From the NCBI RefSeq assembly GCF_001194135.2, contig NC_069006.1, forward strand, positions 12,279,354 to 12,343,353: a stretch of 64,000 bases of DNA, in the 5' to 3' direction. The notes under the pieces were generated by a model. That model was given only the letters and a program-made list of their open reading frames with translations. It made no database searches and had not been told where the DNA came from. Source of the stretch: Octopus bimaculoides. Its lineage: Eukaryota. This document shows positions 38,640-51,164 of the stretch, in pieces. The position numbers and the translations under genes are program-made. How positions within the stretch are numbered: the first letter of the stretch is position 1; every line of letters begins with the position of its first letter.

Positions 38640-41145
38640 TCATCATCATCATCATTTAATGTCCGTTGCCCACACTGGCATGGATTGGACAGTTTGACAA
38701 GGGCTGTCAAGCTGGAAGGCTACACCAGTCTGATTTGGTATGGTTTCTACAGCTGGATGCCCTTCCTAACACCAACCACTCAGAGTGTAATGGGTGCTTT
38801 TACATGCCACTGGCACAAGTGCATGACACCAGTATCTGCAACAACTGCAAATTGCAGCTGACAATTATACTTCTTCTCAAGCACGGCATAATGCCAAAGG
38901 TCTTGATCATTCATCATTGCCTCCATGAGACCCAACACTCAAAAGGTGCTTTTTACATGCCACCAGCATCAGCCACCTTGCCTCCATGAGGCCCAACACT
39001 CAAAAGGTGCTTTTTATGTGCCACCAGCATGGGTGCCAGTTACATGACACCAGCATCAGCCATGACTACAATTTCACTTGGCTTGACAGGTCTTCTCAAG
39101 CACAGCATATCACCAAAGGTCCCAGTCACTAATCACTGCCTCTGTGAGGCCCAAAGTTCGAAGATCATGCTTGTCCCACGTCTTCTTGGGTCTACCTTTA
39201 CCACAAGTTCCCTCTACAGTTAGAGATCAGCACTTCTTTACACAGTTGTCCTCATCCATACACACCACATGACCATACCAGCTCAGTCGGTTCTCTTGCA
39301 CATCACATCTGATTCTTTTTATGCCCAACTTTTCTCTCAAGATGCTTACACTCTGTTGTACATGCACATCGACATTGAACATCAGCGAAGCATATTGGCT
39401 TCATTTCTTTCAAGCCTATGCATGTCCTCAGCTGTCACAGCCCATATTTCATTGCCATGTAACATAGCTGTTCGCATCATACAATCTGCTTTTCACTGAG
39501 GGAGAGGTCCTTTGTTACCAGCAGAGGTAGTAGCTCTCTGAACTTTGCCCAGCCTATTCTTATTCTCACAGCTACACTCTCAGAGCATCCACTTCTGCTA
39601 CTAACTTGGTCACCTAGATAACGGTAGCTATCTACTACCTCTAGCTTACCCCCTGGCAATTGATGAAGTCTATTTTCAGTGTTTATTGTACGTGTGCATC
39701 TTCCACACAAAAATTATTTTCCTTGTTAACCTTCCTCTAATATTGCTGCACCTCTTATGTGTCCATAGGTCACACTGGGTGCATCTTATGGTGTTTCTAC
39801 CTAGGCCTTTTTATACAGGTCGATCAGGGCCATCTATGTGAAAGGGTTTGTAATTTGTCTACCTTCCTACTTAATAATACTTTGGTTTTTGCTAAATTGA
39901 CTCTAAAGCCCTTTGACTCTAGACCTTGCTTCCACACCTGAAACTTCTCTAGTTTTAGTAATGATTCAGCTATAAGAACAAGGTCATCAGCATAGAGGAG
40001 CACCCAAGGGTAGCCTGTCTTAAATTCCTCTGTTATTGCCTGTAGGACTCTGATGAACAAGAGGGAGCTGAGGACTGATCCTTGGTGAACCCCTACTTGT
40101 ACCCTGAATTCTTTGCTGTACTTGTTGCCAACCCTCACCTGTACATGGCTTGTACAGCTCTCACCAACCACTTGTCTATCCCTAGTTTCTGCACTGACCA
40201 CCAGAGAAGGGATCAGGGGATCCTGTCAAAGGCTTTCTCCAAATCAACAAAAGCCAAGTACAGAGATTTATCTTTCACTATGTATTTCTCTTGAAGCTGC
40301 ATTACCAGAAATATAACATCAGTGGCGTTTCTCCCTCATTTGGGTCAACATTTGGCAAATTCTCCTCTTCCCATTCATTCTCCACATTCAGCAGTCTTTT
40401 ATAATGGCATTTCCAAGCCTCTTTCTTTGCAAAATCATTAAATGTAAGTGCACCATCATCCAGGTGGACACATTTCTCTCCAATGACATCACAATTTTCT
40501 TTCACACACTGTCTTGCAATCCAAAACACTTCAAGTCTTTGGTCCTCATGTTGCTGAACACAGGCAAACTTCTTTTCTTCTTCCTCCTGGATAGATATAC
40601 ATGTCTCCTAGCTTCCCTTCTGGCTATCTCATACAGTTCCCTGCAACCCCCACTCTTCCAGGCCTGTTTCTTTGCTCTAATGGCCTTGTCTACAGCATCG
40701 TTCCACCACCACATCACCCTAGGTGAGACTAGGTGGGACTTTGCATCAGCCACAGATTTGGTCTGTGGCACTCAGTAAGCTGTCCCACAGGAATTTCTAG
40801 TTGCCCTTTATGTTACAAGTCTGAAGTTCTTTCTCCCTCTCATCAAATTTCTCAATTGGGATGTCCCGAAATCTCTGATCACATGAATGGTTCTTAAGCT
40901 TCCAAATCCTTTTTCAGATTGGTCTGCTTCTTGGCATCCTTCTGGCCTGGAGTCTAAAGTCACTAATGACTAGTCTATGCTGGGGTGGTGGGGGGGTACA
41001 TTCTTCACCAGGGAAAGTCTTTGTATTTAGGAGCAGCCATGCATCCCGCTGTCTGGTGAAAATGTACTCAATCTTGCTAGCATAGTCATCTGATTGATAG
41101 TTATCAGGAGGCTGGCTGGCTTCCTGAAGTTGGTGTTGCAGATCA
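38640..41145 (-). mobile_element. RTE-clade LINE, 5'-truncated and decayed, with (GAT)n tail
   Basis: Endonuclease C-terminal fragment near 41000-41145 (NTNFRKPAS); RT motifs GVHQGSVLSSLLF, LLYADDLVLIAES, VNLAKTKV (ORF 39824-40201); 3' UTR ends at the catcatcat tail near 38641. Confidence 0.9.
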
Positions 41146-42671
41146 ATGGGTTATTTGCATCACAGAACTCCAGTAGCTTTGTCCCCTCTTTGACTCAATA
41201 AAATGGTTATCGTTTTAGCCCTGGTTTAAATCAGCCCCAGTAAGCCTATGATCAACTGTTTTCCATCTATGACCAACATATTTTAAGAATATGCCTAGGA
41301 CTGATATTATCCAATATGATTTGTGGGAGATTTGATTGGTATTTCTAGCAGCTGAGAGGCCATGGAGACATGGTTGACTATTCTGAATTAATTATCAAAG
41401 ATGGTGGAGGAGATGATGACAAGGGATGTGGTTAGAACCCAATTAATAGACAGAAATAACTAAAAGTTCAAAGGATATGATTTGGGGAATGGTGAAAAGC
41501 CAACAAGAAGCAGTAGGGGTGGGGTTCTGTGTGGAAACTATTGGGGAAAATGGTGGATACTGTAAGAAGGTAAGAGAGACTGAAGTGACAGGAAGTTGAT
41601 CACAAATGTCTTCTTTTTTTTCTTTTTTAAATCAATGCAAAATCGCGGGGTGGAGATTAGCAGAAAACATCTCAAATGTTTATTAAACATAAATTTACTT
41701 CAGTGGTGGTGGTGGTGGTGGTTGGGGGAAAGAGGAATGGAAAAAATTGTGAATTTATAGCAGAATCTTCAGTATCAAGAAATGTTTGTTAAATGAAGGG
41801 AAAATAAAGTAAATAAAATTGACATTACAAAACGTAATTTTATAAATATATTATTAATTATATACTTTATTTTGTTCTTTTTTTTTTATTGTTATCAGTT
41901 CTGAAATATGTGCATTATAACATGATGAAGTGAGCTTGGGTGGTGGGGGTATCATCAAGTTATAATATTCAGTCAGTTTAAGAAATGACAATACTTTATC
42001 AAAAAACACTCCAATACCTTTTAACTTGATCTCTTTGGCTTTCAATTAGCTACTTTATGAAATAATGAGATATGAGCAAATATGACTGTGCGGTAGAGAA
42101 ATTTACTGCTCAACCACATGGTCTTGTGTTCAAACCCACTGCATGTTACCTTGGATGAGTGTCTTCTACCAAAGCCTTGGGCCAACTAATGCTTATGAGT
42201 GGATTTGGTAGATAGAAACTGAAAGAAGCCTGACATATATGTATATGTGTGTGTGTGAGTTACTGCTTCTGATATTGCGTGTGTATCTATATCCTTATCT
42301 TGACATCATGTGATAGTTGTAAATCTGTGTCTCTATCATGCAGTTTCATTCATTTCCGGCTATGGAGAAATATTAGTGTGTTTGGAAACAAGTGAGGATT
42401 GGTGACAGAAAGGATATCTGGTCATAGATAATCTGCTTCAATAAATTTCATCTGACTTATGCTAACATGTAAAAGTGGACATTAAAATGATGATGATGAT
42501 GATGATACTGTATCAAAAATACTGATCATTAACTTTTAACATCATCTCTTCATTTTCTCATTTAATTTTCATAAACTAGATAGATGATAACTATATCAAA
42601 TAAATGAAAAAGACATTTGATTTTTGATAAAATTCATAATTTAACTGAAAGTCATGTGATGTATAAAGGTA

Positions 42672-42887
42672 GTGTTGATACTCTTTACTCTTTTACTGCG
42701 GCCATGCTGGAGCACTGCCTTTAGTCGAGCTAATCAACCCCAGGACTTATTCTTTGGAAGCCTAGTACTTATTCTATCGGTCTCTTTTGCCGAACTGCTA
42801 AGTTACGGGGACGTAAACACACCAGTATCGGTTGTCAAGCGATGTTGGGGGGGACAAACACAGACACAAACATATACACACACAGAC

Positions 42888-42918
<31 letters not shown>

Positions 42919-43060
42919 TACAACGGGCTTCTTTCACTTTCCATCTACCAAATCCATTCACAAGGCTTTGGTTGGCCCGAGGCTATAGTAGAAGACACTA
43001 GCCCAAGGTGCCATGCAGTGGGAATGAACCTGGAACCATGTGGTTGGTAAGCAAGCTACT
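42672..43060 (-). mobile_element. Same tRNA/CORE SINE family, minus orientation; other minus copies near 32007-32150, 35300-35440, 60365-60510
   Basis: Reverse complement of the 1501-2058 consensus, CpG-retaining. Confidence 0.88.
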
Positions 43061-45299
43061 TCAGACAAATATCTTAATTTCATTTGTGTATTTGGTTTGC
43101 AATATTCTTGATGTGAATTGTTGAGCTGAAATACATTTTGTTGAATTTTGGGAGGGTCATTATGCCAATAATAAACATACAAACACACACTGGTTCTATT
43201 TCGATCCTTTTATTATTTATTTGTCAATTGGTTAAGTATTTAATCAATTAACTAATAAACTGTTTGATTAATTGTTTAGTTAATCAATGAATCAGTCAAG
43301 TTTATCAGAGTCCTTTGAACAGGAATAAAGAAGGCATGTCATTCATAAGGTTGCAAACGGTAAAAAGAGGACTTTGGAAACCTAACTGATTAACAGAATG
43401 ATTTATCAAACAACCAATAAAGATGTGAAATAGAACCAGTGTGTGTGTATGCATGTTTATTATTGGCATAATGACAACCGCCTTGAGATAAAAAAATCAT
43501 TTAATTTTTCAGATTCCATTATTATTGACTTCTTTTAACATAGTCACAAGTAGGATGATTTACAGGGAGAGGTTAATTAAATGTACTCCAGTTGTTGACT
43601 GGTGCTATATTTTATTAAGCTCTAAAGGATCAAAGAAAGTCAACCTCCAAATACAGAATCTGAACTGAGACCTTTATGTCGTAAGTTAATTGCTATTTCA
43701 TCTTTAGGGTGAATGATGGGGTGGGGGTGATACAGATACCAAGTCTCTAATTTCATGAGACTCATTTTCTCCTTCCTCCACAAAGAAATGACATTTAAAA
43801 GTAACCAGAGTAAAAAGAATATTGGTTTCTAACATTACTAGAAATTGTAAGGACTTCACCATAGATAAGGAAAAAAATTACACATATTTATTATATATGT
43901 GAACTCATTTGTATCCTTTTCCTATTCCTTGGTTTCAAATTTCTAATTATGCCTAATGATGTGAGGAGATAATTATTTCCCTTTGTATAAATGGCCATCC
44001 AGAGGGCACTACATGTGAGATAGGAGTTTTTGAGTTTAGTTGAGATCAAAAGAAGATGAGTTTCAGTCACCTTCAAATATGTAGACAAACATTTTGGTTT
44101 CACCAGAGACAGAAAGAAGGGCAATCATTAATCTTTATAAAACAAATACAGTTATCATTTATTAGTACTGGATTAACAAAATCATTACAACATCAGGCAA
44201 AATACTTTGTAGTATCTGTTCTGACAGTTCCAGTTACAGTTACAGTTTCAAATCTCACCAAAGTCAACTTTGCTTTAATATATCAGTATCAAGTACTGGA
44301 AGCAGGGGGAGTCAATGGCACCAACTATTCTCTCCACCTCAAAACTGTTGACCTTGTGCCTAAATTAATTACATTAATGGGAAATAAAATTAAATATTAA
44401 AAGTATTATTGATAAATAAAAAGAAAATCTATCGAAAATAAGAAATATAATAATAATTATTATTATCATAAATTAATAATAATAACAATAATAATAATTA
44501 TTATTATTATAAATTAATAATAATAACAATGATAATGTTAATAATAATTATGATTAACAAATGGAAAGTTAACTGACAAGCTGAACAAAACAACAAATTC
44601 ATTAGAGCTAACGAAGAGGCAAAAACATATCAAAGCCAATGTAATCACCAGGGATTTTGAGGGAAAACATTTAGCTAGAAATAATAAGGAGAGGAGGAAG
44701 AATACAAGGCAAGCATTCAGTTAGTTTGAAGGAGATACTTACAGTTTGATAGATACAGACAATTAAAAATGAAACCAAACAGGGTAAGGTATATATATTC
44801 ACAGTCAGATCATATCTTGCCATTTTTTTATACAAGGAGTACACAATGGATAATATTGGCCTAAGTCACATCTACAATGTGTCTCATCACTATATTTCTG
44901 CTCAATCAGGGCTGACCTGAGGCTAAATAACTGTTGAATTAATATTGTCAGTTGGTTTGTTGGTAGAAAACTAGCGAACTATTTGACAATAATACATGTA
45001 CCTCAAGTAAATGTACTGTCTAGAAATAATACTTCAAACAAACAGTACTCTAACAGCAATGCTTCCTCTAAGTTTCTGCTGAGAGTGTCTACAGAAATTT
45101 GTTAGCAAATTTTGTTTTTCCTTGCAAAGTATGAGTGCATATCCATGCAAGTAACCATTGCCCAAATTTCTTCAATCAAAATGATTTCATTTTGCCTTAA
45201 GAATGTTGTGTGCACACATTTTATAACTAGTTTATAAATTAGAGAAAACACTGCTCACCAAGAGTAGCTCCATATATATGGTGTTCCTAACAGATGGTC

Positions 45300-45440
45300 T
45301 CTCCAATAAACAGTACCCCAAACAAACAGTACTCTCAATAAATAGTACCCCCAGCAAATTAAACCCCCAATAAATAATAGTCCAAACGAACAGTACCCTT
45401 AATAAACAGCACCTCAATAAACAGTACCTCAAACAAATGG
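45300..45440. repeat. Degenerate minisatellite, unit 15-16 bp (aataaacagtaccyc), about 8 units
   Basis: Units read directly from the sequence. Confidence 0.8.
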
Positions 45441-45859
45441 TTCAACTGTCTTCCGGCTCTTTCACTACATTATGATATATATGTGAGTGTATACACACAC
45501 ATATTTATTTATACACGTGTATATATTTAATGGTTTCAGGCCTCAACTCATTGTTACGTTAGAATATAAAAATATAATCAGTCATCAAAGACCAAAATAT
45601 TTCGCATATTTTTGAACAAAGGTAAATATTTATATAATCAATAGCTTAGTAGTCATGTTTATTGTGCTTCCCCGCTGTGACAATTGTCATCAACAATTCC
45701 AGACCACCAAATCAGATGGTTTGGAAAATCAAACAAATCTGTAGTTTACAGGATAGGAGTGGGTGTTGCCAACAGATTGATGAATGGAAAATGTGTGTCT
45801 GCAGTTGGTCTCAAGGGTTTTGCTCTAAATTATTGTTTCTATCTTTGAATTATTATTTA

Positions 45860-46150
45860 CAATGGTGATTGAGACAACAGTGATTACTATGATTAATGAT
45901 TACTATGATAATGGTGGTAATGATTGAGATGATGATGATGATTGCTATGATTACAGTGATAACATGACATTCATGATAATGATTATTGTTATGATGGTAA
46001 TTAAGATGACAATAACAATGGTAATGGACAATGACAATCATTGTTATAATGATGGTGATTGTTATGATGGTAATGGAGCTGACAACAATGGTGAAGACCA
46101 AAATGAAAATGATAATAATGGAGCTGGTGACATTGATGATTGTGAGTTCA
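45860..46150. repeat. Degenerate trinucleotide (GAT/AAT/GGT) low-complexity tract; (AAT)n tract also at 44440-44555
   Basis: Direct inspection. Confidence 0.85.
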
Positions 46151-46472
46151 GAAGGTAGAGAATGTAATAGAACCTTGCCATTTGAAAACTAGAATCCAGT
46201 TATGGGCCAGTGGTGCCATAGCTATGGCAGATTAAACTGCTGAGTAAATATGGCAAGAAAATGGTTACAATTTGAATGCCAGACATTTTGTACTGTAACC
46301 AACATGGCTTGTATAAATCATTGGTGAGTGTATATATTGATAGCTAATATGGGATTGGTAGAAATATGTAGTATGAGAGTTGCAAACACTAATGCTTTTT
46401 TTTATGGATTCTGATATAAAGAATTATGGAAGTTCTTGTCTGTTTTCTGTAAAAGTCAATGTGCAGCTTTAT

Positions 46473-46560
<88 letters not shown>

Positions 46561-46931
46561 AGTTTGTAAAGTGTAGTTAATTGTTTGAGTCTTGAAACAT
46601 TTTGAGACAGCCTCTCATTAAAATTTATACTATATATACACCCACCCATTCATATATGTATCAATAAGGCTTGTGCAGGGAAATGGTTTATATATATGTG
46701 TGTGTATAGAGAGAGGGATAACAACAAAGGTGTATGTTGCAGTCATAATGATACCTCATTACATAATCTTGTTTCCTCTTTACAGCTTCGATATCCTTCA
46801 GAGAGGCATGAATGTCTCACATTCTTACCTGCATTCTAATTACCCACTGCGTAAATAAATGTTGAAGAACTATTTGATGTCGGAGCACCAGAATAATGTA
46901 GGTTTTATATATATATATATATACACACACA

Positions 46932-48419
46932 CATTGCATTTCAAATTAACGACATAACACTTTTTTATTTTATTTAAAAAGCACTCGTTGAAATTCAACA
47001 AAATTTTAACAGAATGATGGCTACAGTTTTATGTGCATGGAGTATAGAATAACATGAGGTTCTGAAAAACAACACAGAAACTATGGCCATTTACCCAATT
47101 TACATAAACTTTCACTGTTTCAAATTATTAGTGAGGTGTGATTAAAACTCATGTACACAAGAAAATACCAATTTAATTGTTTGGTGTACATACTGAAATG
47201 AATACATACAGTCATAAACATGGAAGAAATAGAAATAAACAAGCAAGAATGATAGGTGAGCTAGTTAGTAAGGGATATATGAGTCTTTGTTTGAAATTGG
47301 TTGGGAAAGGCACTGGTCCATGGAACATGCTAATTTTTGGATTTCCTCAGATGTTATGCCATGAAATACATCCACTATTGCCTGCGACAGTTCATCCTTG
47401 CTCCTAAACTAGTGTCCATTCTTGTAAACTCACCACTTTAGAATACTCCACAAGTTTTCTATTGGGTCAGGGGAACAGGCAGGCCACTTCATCTTCCTGG
47501 GTGTGAGGACGCATTATCTTGCATGAATTGTCTTGAAGGCGATCATTTACTTTTTTAACCAAGGTCGAAGGTGCTCCCTCAGAAAGGTTATGTATGCATC
47601 TGCAGTCATTTTAACACTGTCAGGCACTTTCCAAGGACCAAACATAATACCTCCAATAATATCTGCCCAAATCATGATGCCTCCTCCCCCTTGTTGGCAT
47701 CTCAAGCATTGATGATGATCTCGTCCATTTACAACCTATCCCTTGCTCCAACCATCAGGTCCATCAAGGGTAACACAAGTTTCATTCGTTAGCAAAACTT
47801 TTGAAAAGTTGATCTACATGTTATCTACTGCCCATTTCAGATGATTTTGTATGTGTATTTTGTTTAAAAGAGGCCTTTTAACTGATGTCACTGGTTTACA
47901 AACCATTTTCAGAAGACAACATCAAGCAGTTCTGGACACACTTGTTTCACCAATGTGCTTGAAAAGTTTTCTATTTGTAAGATCTGAGTTCTTTGCTGCT
48001 TCACATTTATTTAATTCACAAGAGAGAACTTTGAGAAACAGCCCTCAACTGACCCTTGTCTGCTCTTTTAGGTATCTTCATAGGAGCTGATATCTTCCAA
48101 TTATTTTAGATATTTCTGATAGTGGTTTACCTTTTGCAAGTTCAGAAGTAATAACAGATTTCCCTGAAGCTGTTAAGTCACATTTACAACCCATAATTAC
48201 ACAATCATCAGACTACTAGTTAATAATTTGGAACACTGAAAGTTCATGGAAATCATGCAAATAGTCATGGTTTGTTTACACTTGCGCAAAACCTCACAAT
48301 TTTTACACACAATGCGCATATAACTGTTGCCATCATTCTGTGGGAATTTCATTGAATTCCGAGTAGTTTTTAAATAAAATTTTTAAAATGTTACATCATT
48401 AATGATTTAAAACACAGTG
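46932..48419 (-). mobile_element. Tc1-family transposon with long (about 210 bp) IR/DR-type TIRs, decayed
   Basis: 46932-47140 aligns in inverse to about 48215-48419 (shared ttttatttaaaaa..ctc, acagaatgatggc.acagtt, aactttca.tgtt.caaattatta); encloses a transposase pseudogene; flanked by TA/CA microsatellite. Confidence 0.82.
47265..48194 (-). pseudogene. Tc1 (DD34E-type) transposase pseudogene
   Basis: MGCKCDLTASGKSVI..., LKWAVDN, TLDGPDGW, QQGGGGIMIWA, GPWKVPDSVKMTADAY, WPACSPD-PIENLWSILK; many stops and an internal deletion near the QDNA motif. Confidence 0.88.
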
Positions 48420-49989
48420 GATATATATGTAGGTACAACATTGATTTTCTGGAACCTTTGTTTCCAAAGCCTTTTCTGATTACTGATTTTTCTGAATCGG
48501 TTGGTCACTACTAAATTAAGCAAATATTTAATTTACTTAATTAAATGAAATACAGGTACCTGTACATTAGTGTAAATGGTACAAGTTTATAAATACTATA
48601 CTGTGAAACAGGGACACCCTGTAAACCACTCTGATAGCTGCAAGAATTTGAAATTCCTGCCCTTAAATTAGTGCAGTTTATAAGATTCCAGATTATCATT
48701 ATCCAGAAAGTCAGTGTTGTCTCTGTATATATAAACCTTTCACTTTTTTAACCCAATATACACATGCTGTATCTATAGCTTTATTTGCTTTGAGATCCAC
48801 ACATGCACATATGACTGACTAAGCAGTTCACTTGTGGTTTTTGGTTCAGTATTTTCTATTATAGTCCCAGGCCAGCCAAAGCCTTTTGAGTTAATTTGGT
48901 TGGTGGAAACTGAAAAGAAGCTTATCACACACACAAATGTATGTATGAGTGTGTTTCTGCCCATTTGTTGCCATTATACTAATTGTAAAAAAACATCATA
49001 CAAGCAGTGTTGTTACCTTACTTGGGAACAGATGGTGGTTGGTGACAGAATGGACATCCAAACATAGAAAAATCTTGTTTTAACAAATTTTGTTTTAAAA
49101 TGATGACATAAATCATCAGCATTTAACATCCATGTTCCATACTGGCATGGCTTGAATGGTGTGACAGGATTCAATGGGTCTAAGGAATGCATTATGCTCC
49201 AGTGTCTGCTTTGACATGGTTTTGGCAATAGGATGTCCTTCCTAATGTCAACCACTTTATAGAATGTACTGAGTGCTTTTCTCATGTAACCAGCACTAGT
49301 GAAATTACAATGCAGCTTGAAAGCCTATGAAACTGAGGGGTGAGGCTTTGTACTACCAGATGAGAGTTAAGACGTGATAGAAATGGATAGGGCAGAGCTG
49401 GTTTTTGTTGGGTAAGCTACATAGCTATTCACATTTAGGAGAGAGTGAGAAATGCATCAGTGGTAGCAGCAAAGAGCTAAATAGTGGTGATGAGGTGTTC
49501 AGGTGGTACATTATATATATATATATATATATACTCATTCACATACATACATACATATCTGTGTGTATCAATGTATATAAAGTAATAAGGTTAGCATATA
49601 AATACATTTCAGTAAAGTAGGGTACAGATATATAGTGTTGCAATATGTTTATGCGTGAAAATATATAGGAAGTTGATTGTTATGGCCAGTCAGAGAGTGA
49701 CCATTGGTTTCACATCTATAAACTACTTAGCAATGTAGGTAGATTGTCAGACACAAATGGCCTTATGCACATAACCTCTCTGACAGGCCATGACAATTGA
49801 CTTTCTAAAAATATACTACTGCTCTAATGTTTTAGAATGTGCTTCGTTTTTGGAGATATGAACTGACGATATACATGTATATGTATGGTGGCAAGATGTA
49901 GACCTCGAATGCTGATGTTTTAAGAACACTGAAATGAAGTGAAATGTAATGTTAGTGTACATGAACAACAAAATAAATGAGATGGGGAA

Positions 49990-50250
49990 ACAACTGGAAT
50001 ATAAAAGGAATCAAATGACACAGTGTGCAAAAGACAAGAATGTGCTGATACAGACGTGATATGTATGGCAGACGACAGCTTTTATAAAGAAGTGCCAAGC
50101 ACTGAAAATTGACATAAGCTGTGGATGAGGAGGAGGAGGAGGAGGAAGACCAAGGAAGACACAGAAACAAAGTAGTAAAGACTGATTTGAAGCTAGTGAA
50201 CTTCACAAAGGAAATGAGAAAGGACTGCAACAAATGGTAACATGCAATGC
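49990..50250 (+). mobile_element. RTE LINE extreme C-terminal fragment
   Basis: Degenerate HVIxMADDS and GRPRKT-like translation (gaggaagaccaaggaagacac). Confidence 0.55.
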
Positions 50251-51164
50251 AGAAGAAGGATGGTTTATCTGTATAAGTATTGAGGGGAAAAGGATGTTAG
50301 TTTTGGAAACTGGGGAGTGGGGCTTAATATATTTATATTTGGGTCTCTTGTGCATTGTGTTCCAGTTAAGTCTCCATTTGTTCCCTAGTTCTCGCACTCA
50401 CCCTCACTGTTCTGCTTGTTACTCATTGTACTATACATCACCTGTGTGATAGTTCAGATCAATACATATTCAATACACACTGCCAACATCCTTCTGTAGT
50501 GCCAGCCATCACTTCCTCTCTTCCAAGTCACTTATTAACAGCCATCTCTTTCTTCCTATCCATTTCTCTCTCTCATATACACATGCATCACTCTTGCCTT
50601 CATCATTCATTTTCCATATATATCTTTCTCTTACACTTCATAACTCCCTTTTCTCAGTCTATTTTCCACACCACTCATTCTGTGTTTCTATGCAATCCCC
50701 TACCAGCTAATATGTAGCTGCCTTTCCATTACTCACCTTTCCATTACTCCCTTCTATGCTAGCCTTTCATACCTATCACTGTTTACACCATTATAACTAT
50801 TCTTATTTCCCCTTCTCTCCCATTCCCTCATTCGGTCACATCTTCAATAAACAGACAACATGGAGTAGTGAGCAGAGCCAGGGAAAGACAACTTTACTGT
50901 TGATGCCATGATAAAATGCACCCAGTGTACTCTGCAAAGTTGTTGGTGTATAAGCAAAGACAGTAGAGGGCATTGTATCATATATACATGTATATATATA
51001 TTTGGATGTGTATATGTATGTATAAATATACTAATCTTACTATGCAAGCAAGTATCTTCTACACTAATCCCAGAATAATCAAAGCCTTTTGAGAGAATTT
51101 GGTAGAAGGAAACTGAAAAAAGCTCATCATATGGGTCTGTTTATGCATTTATATATTAATGATA

